Source of the DNA: a bacterium | GTDB taxonomy: Bacteria > Actinomycetota > Acidimicrobiia > Spongiisociales > Spongiisociaceae | NCBI GenBank assembly: GCA_026710435.1 | Contig: JAPOQZ010000231.1 | Span: 12,959 to 76,958, forward strand | Reading direction: 5' to 3' | Length of the DNA stretch: 64,000 nucleotides | Shown: positions 57,006-64,000 of the stretch, in pieces | Position numbering within the stretch: the first letter of the stretch is position 1 | Layout of the letters: each line of letters begins with the position of its first letter | Translations under genes and position numbers: made by a program | Notes under the pieces: generated by a model | What the model saw: only the letters and a program-made list of their open reading frames with translations | Database searches by the model: none | What the model was told of the DNA's origin: nothing

Positions 57006-57507
57006 CGGTCGCGCATGGTAACGGCACCTCCCACCAGGTCGAATTGATTGCCAGTGGCTGAAAAAGCCGCTCGCCATGGGCCCGGTATTCAGCAACTCGC
57101 CATCGATGTTCGGAGTGGGCCGCCCTGTCCTCCGCGCAGGGCCCAGGACGTCCGAGAACGCGAAACCCGCCTACGGGGTCCCGCCTGGGTTCCCTCCCCC
57201 GCCGCCACCTCCAGGGGTCGAAACGCGTTCCTCTATGCCCGTGCGGGTCGGCTTCGACAACATGATCCTTGCCACGGTCCGGTCGACGTCGCACCGGACC
57301 GGTGATGTTTAAGGCTGCTTACCAAACTACAACATGGCTGTGACACTGTCCATCCCCTCCTGCCGGCACGCTTGAGACGCCGCCGGGGATCATGTACGTC
57401 TCGATGCGATCGTCGTTCGTCGGTGACTCGATCGACCAGTGCATTGGGCGGGGAAACTCGACGCGACCCTCTGGGTGCTCAATGACTCCCAAAAAAGGCT
57501 TGCTGCT

Positions 57508-57614
57508 CTAGGAGGGTGCTGAGCAATCCACCAGCGGCCTGCCAATCGCCAGCATGATTCGTGGGTCGGCGGGCGGCAGGCCCGAGCAATCGTCGTTGTT
57601 CAGCACCCTCCCGG
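57508..57614 (+). repeat. nested-palindrome intergenic repeat, copy E (107 bp)
   Basis: CTAGGAGGGTGCTGAGCAATCCACCAGCGGCCTGCC...GGCAGGCCCGAGCAATCGTCGTTGTTCAGCACCCTCCCGG. It lies 24 nt beyond the arsR-family gene stop. Confidence 0.9.
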
Positions 57615-57637
57615 GAACCCGTCCCGGTGGTCGAGGA

Positions 57638-57964
57638 TCAGGCCTGGAGTATGTGGCTGAGGGAGGCGAGGCGTTCCGGCACGGTCCTGTAGTAGACCCA
57701 TCGACCGCGTTTCTCGGACACCACCAGACCGGCCCGTCGCAGCACCTTGAGGTGATGGCTGACGGTGGGCTGGGACACTCCGAGTGGTTCCACCATCTCG
57801 CATGCCGCGCATGCCTCCCCCTTGGCACCGATGAGGCTGAGCAGCCGGAGTCTGGTGGGATCCGCCAGCACCCCGAACCAGCGGGCGAACTGCTTAGCCT
57901 GTGCCTCTTCTAACGGTTCGTCGATGATCGGTGCGTACCCTGTCATGCTGGACAACTCTGACAC
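57638..57964 (-). CDS. ArsR/SmtB family metalloregulatory transcription factor
   Basis: LADPTRLRLLSLI...CAACEM...LGVSQPTVSHHLKVLRRAGLV is a winged HTH. Confidence 0.9.
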   Translation of the reverse strand: MSELSSMTGYAPIIDEPLEEAQAKQFARWFGVLADPTRLRLLSLIGAKGEACAACEMVEPLGVSQPTVSHHLKVLRRAGLVVSEKRGRWVYYRTVPERLASLSHILQA

Positions 57965-57973
57965 CTCCTTCGG

Positions 57974-58032
57974 CTAGGAAGGCACTGAGCGATCCACCAG
58001 CGGGCAATCGTCATCGTTCAGCACCCTCCTAC
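57974..58032 (+). repeat. nested-palindrome repeat, short copy F (59 bp) lacking the inner hairpin
   Basis: It aligns end to end with copy E except for a clean 48-nt internal deletion between CCAGCGG and GCAATCG. Its right-end CTA (58029-58031) is the stop of the permease gene. Confidence 0.85.
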
Positions 58033-58991
58033 AGGACCATCTCGCCTGCAAGTCCCAGGAGCATCCCACCTGCCAGCAGGATAGTCACCACCAGACCGAC
58101 CACCCTGCGGCGGGCTATGACCAGCAGGCCGGAGACGGACCCGATGCTGGCACCGGCTCCGGTCACCAGGAAGGCCAGCGCGGCCCCGGTACCCATACCG
58201 CCATCCACCAGCGCGGCCACGAACGGGAGCGAGGCCTCGGTGTTTACGTAAGCCGGTATGCCCACCACAGCGGCCAAGGGAACCGCGCCCGACGCGCCCC
58301 GACCCAGCAGGCCGCTGACCCAGTCTGTCGGGATCGCTCCTATCACTAGATACCCGACCGCCGTGAACACAAGGAAGAATACGAGGAGCCGTCGCCCGGT
58401 GACCACAACCTCGCGGCCGAACTCCTTAAGCCGCACAGTCCCGCGCTCCAACTCCTGGACCGATGCGGTACCGGGTCCCGAAGCCACACGGGTATCGCAA
58501 GCCTCCTCGTACCGGGCTCCCGGCGCCCGGACACGCGCCTGGTCCCGAAGCCACCCGGACCGCTCGATGACTGCGGTCAGGCCGCCCGCGGCCAGCCCGA
58601 TGGCTACGGTCCCGACGAAGAAGGTGAGGGCGAAGGGCCATCCCATCAACCCGGCCGACAGCAGCAACTCAGCCGGACTGGTGAGCGGGGAGGACACCAT
58701 GAACGCCACCAGCGGCGCCCACGGGGTCGAGGCCGCCATGCCGGCGATGATCACCGCGGTGGTTCCGCACGAACAGAAGGGCGTCAGGCTGGCCAGGGCC
58801 ACCGCGCCCACGATTCCCACCCACAAACGCCTCTTCAACCACTTCTCCAGACGTTCCGTTCCCACATAGGTGGTCAGGGTCGCTGCCGCCAGGATGGAGA
58901 TCACCAGGAACGGCCAGGTCAACACGAGAGTCGACCCCACATCATCGGCCACCTCTCGCATGAGATCAGCCAACGCATTCATGTGCACCAT
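58029..58991 (-). CDS. ArsP-like permease (predicted permease family with a vicinal Cys pair)
   Basis: Multi-pass membrane protein with LTPFCSCGTTAV. The start is uncertain (58991, 58982 or 59039). Confidence 0.7.
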   Translation of the reverse strand: MVHMNALADLMREVADDVGSTLVLTWPFLVISILAAATLTTYVGTERLEKWLKRRLWVGIVGAVALASLTPFCSCGTTAVIIAGMAASTPWAPLVAFMVSSPLTSPAELLLSAGLMGWPFALTFFVGTVAIGLAAGGLTAVIERSGWLRDQARVRAPGARYEEACDTRVASGPGTASVQELERGTVRLKEFGREVVVTGRRLLVFFLVFTAVGYLVIGAIPTDWVSGLLGRGASGAVPLAAVVGIPAYVNTEASLPFVAALVDGGMGTGAALAFLVTGAGASIGSVSGLLVIARRRVVGLVVTILLAGGMLLGLAGEMVL

Positions 58992-59037
58992 CCCGGATCC
59001 GTCGAGCCTTCGAGGCCTTAACGAGATATAGGTTATC

Positions 59038-59049
59038 ATCTATATAGAT
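59038..59049. promoter_or_regulatory. 12-bp palindrome ATCTATATAGAT in a sharply AT-rich divergent promoter region
   Basis: Perfect palindrome within ...GATATAGGTTATCATCTATATAGATATATGTCTATTAATG..., between the permease gene and the DUF3224 gene. A candidate ArsR-type operator. Confidence 0.4.
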
Positions 59050-59233
59050 ATATGTCTATTAATGGGCAATGGCGAATCGGATGAGCCGGATCCACCGGGG
59101 GGTCCGAGGCTGAGTGATCTGTCGGGTCAGTCCACCTCCCACGAGGCCGCCGGACAGAGCCGCCCGGACTCTCGGCTTACCGCGGCTATCGTCGGTGGGG
59201 AGAACCAGCCCGCACGAGATGGAGGAGGTCGTC

Positions 59234-59626
59234 ATGCCCACGGCCCGCGGTCCCATGGATGTCGACATCGAGGGGGAGCCACCCTTCCTCGACCGAGACG
59301 GCCTGAAGCTGAACCGCAACATCGTGCGCAAGGAATTCTCCGGTGACATGGTCGGGACCTCGGAGGCACAGATGATCGCAGCCTTCACAAGCACGCCGGG
59401 TTCTGCGGGCTACGTGGCTATAGAACACTTCACGGGCTCGGTGAGCGGGAAGTCCGGTTCTTTCGTCCTGCAGCACAGCGGGGTGATGAACAGGGGCGAT
59501 GCCCGGCTCACGGTCACGATCGTGCCCGACTCAGGCAGCGGAGAACTGGCCGGGATCTCCGGGACGCTACAAATCGACAACGACCAGGGTCAGCACTCCT
59601 ACGTTCTGGAGTACGAGATCGCCTGA
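59234..59626 (+). CDS. DUF3224 domain protein
   Basis: GGAGGAGG RBS. KEFSGDMVGTSEAQM...GSAGYVAIEHFTGSVSGKSGSFVLQHSG...VPDSGSGELAGISG matches the DUF3224 pattern. Confidence 0.8.
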   Translation: MPTARGPMDVDIEGEPPFLDRDGLKLNRNIVRKEFSGDMVGTSEAQMIAAFTSTPGSAGYVAIEHFTGSVSGKSGSFVLQHSGVMNRGDARLTVTIVPDSGSGELAGISGTLQIDNDQGQHSYVLEYEIA

Positions 59627-59699
59627 GCGCCTCGCATGGTAACGCCACATGGCATCAGCTTCGAGACCCGGGACCACCCGGTTCGCGTTGATGGCCGCC

Positions 59700-60059
59700 C
59701 TACAGACGCGCCGTCGGTAGCCGCTTCAGTTCCTCCCGGCGGGGATCCACCTCGAACCCGCCCGACTCGAGCGCCGTCACCGCGAGCAGCGGCTCGACTC
59801 CCTCCTCGCCGAATATGACCGTGTTACCGATGAGCACGCCCTCGAACTCGAGCACCGCGGCACCGATGTCGTAGGTGACGATGCTGCCGTCGGCCAGTTC
59901 GTACTCGCGGCTGGTCATCCGTTCGATCCCGATCGCCTCCAGAACGGATCCGGGCGCCATCGAGTCGTAGGCACCCGTATCCACCAGGAACGAGCCGGTC
60001 CACGACCTGACGAGGTCAACAGGATTGCGAACCGTCACGTCGACGTAAGTAGCTCCCAC
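59700..60059 (-). CDS. retropepsin-like (clan AA) aspartyl protease family protein
   Basis: FLVDTGAYDSM contains the D-T-G active-site triad. At 119 aa it is the size of a single-lobe retropepsin domain. Confidence 0.65.
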   Translation of the reverse strand: MGATYVDVTVRNPVDLVRSWTGSFLVDTGAYDSMAPGSVLEAIGIERMTSREYELADGSIVTYDIGAAVLEFEGVLIGNTVIFGEEGVEPLLAVTALESGGFEVDPRREELKRLPTARL

Positions 60060-60253
60060 CGCTATTCCCCCTCCAAACTGCAGCCGTGCGCGGGCTAATA
60101 GTACTTCTTATGGATGACCAATTATCAACCACTACTCACTAATGAGAAAACCAGGGAGTGGTTGCATCGCCAACTCGGGAAGCGGTCTCGTACGTGTCGG
60201 CGCCGTTGGCTGACCAAGGCCCGCCGGGCATCCAAGCACTACTCTTTCTTGAC

Positions 60254-61129
60254 ATGGAACAACCGACCCCGGCATTCGTAGACACACATCACCACCTGTG
60301 GGATCTCGATACGCTTCCCTACGCGTGGCTGACCGGCGACGGTACTCCGGGGGAGACGGACTACCTGGGTGACTACGCAGCCATCCGCCAGAACTACATA
60401 ATCCAGGATCTCCTCGCCGATTACGCACCCCAGAACGTGGTGAAGTCCGTTCACGTCCAAGCCGACTTCAGCGGACCGGACCCGACGGTCGAGACCAGAT
60501 GGCTCCAGGCGATCGCCGATGTTCACGGCTTCCCGCACGGGATCGTGGCCCATACAGACTTTCGGAGCCCAGATGCGGGTAAGGAACTCGACCGTCACTG
60601 CGAGAGTCCGAACATGCGGGGCGTCAGGATGATGGGCCACGACGACATGCTCGACGAGCCGGACTTCCGGCGCGGGGTGGCCGAACTGGCGAAGCGCGGG
60701 CTCTCCTTCGATCTCAACGGTGAGTGGGAGCGGGCCGATGCCGGGTTGCGGCTGGCCCGATCCTTCCCGGATACCTGGGTTGTCGTCACGCACACAGGCC
60801 TGCCCTACGAGCGGACCGCCGAATGCTTCCGGCACTGGCGCTCGGGTATGAAGACGTTCGCCCGGGCACCCAACATGGTCGTCAAGATCTCCGGCCTCGG
60901 CATGCGGGACCGGAACTGGACGGTCGACAGCATCCGTCCGTGGATCCTCGAGACGATCGACATATTCGGGGTGGACCGCTGCATGTTCGGCACCAACTGG
61001 CCGGTCGACCGCCTGTACGGCGACTTCGATACCTTGCTGAACGCATACCGAACCGTGATCGCCGACTTCTCAGCCGATGAACAGGCCCGGCTCTTCTCGC
61101 GGAACGCGGTGCGCTACTACCGCATCTGA
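60254..61129 (+). CDS. amidohydrolase-2 (TIM-barrel metal-dependent hydrolase/decarboxylase) family protein
   Basis: FVDTHHHLWD is the N-terminal HxH motif. I chose the ATG at 60254. Confidence 0.8.
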   Translation: MEQPTPAFVDTHHHLWDLDTLPYAWLTGDGTPGETDYLGDYAAIRQNYIIQDLLADYAPQNVVKSVHVQADFSGPDPTVETRWLQAIADVHGFPHGIVAHTDFRSPDAGKELDRHCESPNMRGVRMMGHDDMLDEPDFRRGVAELAKRGLSFDLNGEWERADAGLRLARSFPDTWVVVTHTGLPYERTAECFRHWRSGMKTFARAPNMVVKISGLGMRDRNWTVDSIRPWILETIDIFGVDRCMFGTNWPVDRLYGDFDTLLNAYRTVIADFSADEQARLFSRNAVRYYRI

Positions 61130-61160
61130 CACGCCAACCAGGTCGGATCCCGGCGCGGGA

Positions 61161-62300
61161 CTACTTGCGGAACACCGACCCGTCGTTGCGCATCCGCACA
61201 TCTGCCGGGTATTTCCATCGCGCATACGGCAGTTCCGTGATGGCCGGGTCCAGGTCGACGCCGAGCCCGGGACGGTCCGGCACCACCATGTATCCGCCCT
61301 CACGGACCAGGGGCGTCCTGAGCATCTCGGTGCGTGGCGGCTCTTCTTCCCATGGAAGGAATTCGAGGGTCCCGCAGTTCGGTATCGAAGCGTACAACTG
61401 GAGTGTGGCTGCGGTGAGCAGCGGGGAGAACGCGTTGTGGGCAATAACCTCGGCATGGAACGCTTCCGCCAGCGTGGCGATCTTCCGGCAGTGCGTCAGG
61501 CCGCCGGCCAGCCCGACGTCGGGCCGGACAACCTGTACCCCGCGGGTCAACAGTTCCCGGAACTCCCAGATCGTGTTCGAGCGCTCGCCGGCGCCTATCG
61601 GAACCGTCATCTTGTTGATGACATCTCCATGGGAGTCGACGCTGTGGGGCGGGATCGGATCCTCGATGTAATAGAGGCGGAACGGTTCGAGTTCCTTGGT
61701 CAGCGCCACCACCTCGCCGGGATTGAGATCCCGGTGAATCTCGAGGATGAGGTCACGATCCCAGCCGATGGTCTCCCGGATAGCAGCCACCCGGTCCACG
61801 ACTACCTGGAGCATCCCGCTGAAGGTTTCCTGTTTCTCGACCACATCGTCGGGTAGGGCGTCGATCTTGATTGCCGTGTAACCCTGCGATATCGCGTCGC
61901 GGGCCACTTCTACCAATTCCTCGACCGTGGAGTTCGGACCGTCGAAGAGGAGCAGATGGAGCCGGGCGCGGTCACGCTGTTTCCCACCCAACAACTGGTA
62001 GGCAGGCACGCCGAAGTGACGGCCGGCGATGTCCCACAGGGCGAGGTCCACCGCCGCGATCGCGGCCGTCAGGACACCGTCTCTGAAGGGCTTCCAGTGG
62101 AAATGCCGGTCCCAGTGCTGCTCGATCCGCAGCGGGTCGCTACCGACGAGTTTGTCCCGGAAGGAGTTGACGATCCGCTCGACGGACTCCGGAAAGCCCC
62201 AGTGGGCAGCCGGCCCGTAGCCGACGATCCCGCTGTCGGTCTCGATGCGGACAACCAGCCACTGGTAGAAGAGGAGCGGTTCTACGGACTCGATTCTCAC
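61161..62300 (-). CDS. enolase-superfamily enzyme (mandelate racemase/muconate lactonizing family, acid-sugar dehydratase-like)
   Basis: The GTG at 62300 has a GGAGA RBS. IKIDA..., LYYIEDP and similar metal-ligand contexts are present. Confidence 0.85.
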   Translation of the reverse strand: MRIESVEPLLFYQWLVVRIETDSGIVGYGPAAHWGFPESVERIVNSFRDKLVGSDPLRIEQHWDRHFHWKPFRDGVLTAAIAAVDLALWDIAGRHFGVPAYQLLGGKQRDRARLHLLLFDGPNSTVEELVEVARDAISQGYTAIKIDALPDDVVEKQETFSGMLQVVVDRVAAIRETIGWDRDLILEIHRDLNPGEVVALTKELEPFRLYYIEDPIPPHSVDSHGDVINKMTVPIGAGERSNTIWEFRELLTRGVQVVRPDVGLAGGLTHCRKIATLAEAFHAEVIAHNAFSPLLTAATLQLYASIPNCGTLEFLPWEEEPPRTEMLRTPLVREGGYMVVPDRPGLGVDLDPAITELPYARWKYPADVRMRNDGSVFRK

Positions 62301-62378
62301 TGTTTTCTCCGATCTATCCGGCGGTCTGTCTGTGAAGCGGCGGCGCGCAGGGTACGGCAAGTGGTGTGTGGAGAGACT

Positions 62379-63191
62379 TCACCATTCCAGATGAGCCTCC
62401 GACCAGATGATCCGACCGTTGGTCAACATCCCGGGAGTTGTTACCGCGTAGAGGACCATCCGGGCGAGATCGCCGGGATCCTGGAAGCTCCCGGTCGGCG
62501 TCTCGGCAAGATCCCGCCGGACGACCTCTTCGAAATCATGGCCCCACATATGGCTCCGCTGCCGGTTGACCCACTTCCACATGCCGTCGTAGACCATACC
62601 GGGATAGATGATCGTGGTGGCGATGGCACGCTGCTCCAGCGCCGTGGCGATGGTCCTCGAGAGATAGTTGAGCGCCGCCTTGCTGACCCCGTATGCCACA
62701 GAGGTCGGGATCGGGAACTCGGCGGCCTGCGAACTGATGTTGACGATGATCCCCCGTCTGTGCGTTCCGGGATCGATGTCCTGCGAGGACATGAGCCGGG
62801 CCGCATACTGCGCCGCCACCAGTGGACCCTCCAGGTTGACGGCGAGAACCCGGTGCCATGTATCCAGCGAAACCTCGAGGATGTCGTCCACATGAGTGAT
62901 CCCGGCGACGTTGACCAAGGCATCTAGCCGGCCATAGAGCTCAGGCGCCATCGCGACCAAACTGCGCACGTCGTCCGGCCGGCTCACATCCGCAGGGCAG
63001 GCGACGGCAGCGGGAGGACCGCCCAGTTCGGCCGCCAACCGATCCAACTCTGCATCCCTCACGTCCCCCAGCACCACCCGGATACCTCCGGCTGTGAACG
63101 TCCGCGCTATTTCCGAACCGATCGCCCCGGCCGCGCCCGTGATGACCGCGACCTTGTCTTCGGGAAACGAATCCGGGTCCGATAGGACCAC
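62379..63191 (-). CDS. SDR family oxidoreductase
   Basis: VAVITGAAGAIGSEIA and YGVSKAAL. Confidence 0.85.
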   Translation of the reverse strand: MVLSDPDSFPEDKVAVITGAAGAIGSEIARTFTAGGIRVVLGDVRDAELDRLAAELGGPPAAVACPADVSRPDDVRSLVAMAPELYGRLDALVNVAGITHVDDILEVSLDTWHRVLAVNLEGPLVAAQYAARLMSSQDIDPGTHRRGIIVNISSQAAEFPIPTSVAYGVSKAALNYLSRTIATALEQRAIATTIIYPGMVYDGMWKWVNRQRSHMWGHDFEEVVRRDLAETPTGSFQDPGDLARMVLYAVTTPGMLTNGRIIWSEAHLEW

Positions 63192-63201
63192 CCTCGCCCT
63201 C

Positions 63202-63999
63202 CTACCGCTCGGGCAGGAGCGCGGTCAGGCCCCCGTCGACCACGAAGCTGGAACCGGTGATGTTCGCCGCCCGCGGTGAGCAGAGGAACAGGACCAGATC
63301 GGCGACCTCCCGGGGATGGGAGAAGCGACCGGTGGGGTATTGCTCCTCCCAGTCGGCGCGCGTCTCGTCTGGCGTACGTCCCGTGTCCGCCGCGGTGAGC
63401 ACGACCGCCAAGTCGACCAGTGGCGTGTATACCGACCCCGGACATACGGCGTTCGCCCGGATGTTGTGCCTGGCCAGATCGATGGCTTCGCTCTTGGTGA
63501 GAGACACCATGCCCGCCTTGGAGACCGAGTAGGCCATGGCGCCGAGCTGGTTCCCGAAGGCCGACACCGATGCGATATTGACGATCGACCCCCCACCGGC
63601 CGACGCCATGTGGGGCACAGCGTGCTTTGCCATTATGAACGCCGAAGTGAGGTTGGTCGACAGGCATCTGTTCCAGGAATCGAGCGACAGCTGAACCACA
63701 TCGCCTACATGGTCGACCACACCGACGGTATTGACCAGGTGGTCGATCGATCCCAAGCCGGCCGCTACCGACGAGCAGAAGTTCTCGACTTCGGCGCTAT
63801 CGGTGACATCCACCGTGCGGCTCTCGACCACCGTGCCATCGTTCCGCAGTTGCTGGGCAAGCGCATCGAGTTCGGCTTCCCGCGTATCGCACAACGCGAC
63901 GCTCGCTCCGGCCGAGGCAAACGACGTGACGATCGCTTCACCTATCCCGCCGCACGCCCCAGTGATGATCGCGACCTGCCCCGAAAAGTCCTCCCTCAT
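63202..63999 (-). CDS. SDR family oxidoreductase (3-oxoacyl-ACP reductase-like)
   Basis: VAIITGACGGIGEAI and YSVSKAGM. The ATG is at 63999, one nt from the window edge. Confidence 0.85.
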   Translation of the reverse strand: MREDFSGQVAIITGACGGIGEAIVTSFASAGASVALCDTREAELDALAQQLRNDGTVVESRTVDVTDSAEVENFCSSVAAGLGSIDHLVNTVGVVDHVGDVVQLSLDSWNRCLSTNLTSAFIMAKHAVPHMASAGGGSIVNIASVSAFGNQLGAMAYSVSKAGMVSLTKSEAIDLARHNIRANAVCPGSVYTPLVDLAVVLTAADTGRTPDETRADWEEQYPTGRFSHPREVADLVLFLCSPRAANITGSSFVVDGGLTALLPER

Positions 64000-64000
64000 G

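Overview
High-GC (about 65% in spot counts), gene-dense bacterial chromosome segment. Codon usage and protein families look actinobacterial, but taxonomy cannot be proven from this window. No rRNA, tRNA, CRISPR array, transposase or integrase was recognised. Most of the window is catabolic and transport genes, and many neighbouring genes overlap by ATGA/GTGA, which suggests translationally coupled operons. These include: (a) a hydroxyproline/proline-type set at 2.1-7.3 kb (FAD oxidoreductase, aldehyde dehydrogenase, proline-racemase-family epimerase); (b) a NicX-like dioxygenase cluster; (c) a gmaS-mgsABC-type N-methylglutamate block at 16.8-21.2 kb, with a four-subunit sarcosine-oxidase-like dehydrogenase 30 kb away at 51.9-57.0 kb; (d) a long island at 28-50 kb of amidases, amidohydrolases, cupins, a PhyH dioxygenase, TPP-dependent E1 alpha/beta with a stand-alone lipoyl protein, a peptide-type ABC importer, a three-subunit molybdenum hydroxylase and a class-III aminotransferase; (e) an ArsR/ArsP-like pair; and (f) SDR and enolase-superfamily genes at the right end. 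The first 10 kb is accessory in character, with two toxin-antitoxin-like pairs, decayed gene fragments, and a visibly lower-GC two-gene module encoding an ABC/SMC-type ATPase plus a Toprim-like protein. That module is my best candidate for an uncharacterised defence system. The second main observation is a family of about 107-bp nested-palindrome intergenic repeats. Six copies are clear and one more is possible, one copy has a precise inner-hairpin deletion, and three copies supply the stop codon of a flanking gene. Other oddities are an in-frame TAG splitting an otherwise intact aldehyde dehydrogenase, a membrane protein built from near-identical 21-bp (heptad) tandem repeats, and a roughly 1-kb gene-poor stretch. 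All functional calls rest on motif and family recognition by eye. No database search was run.
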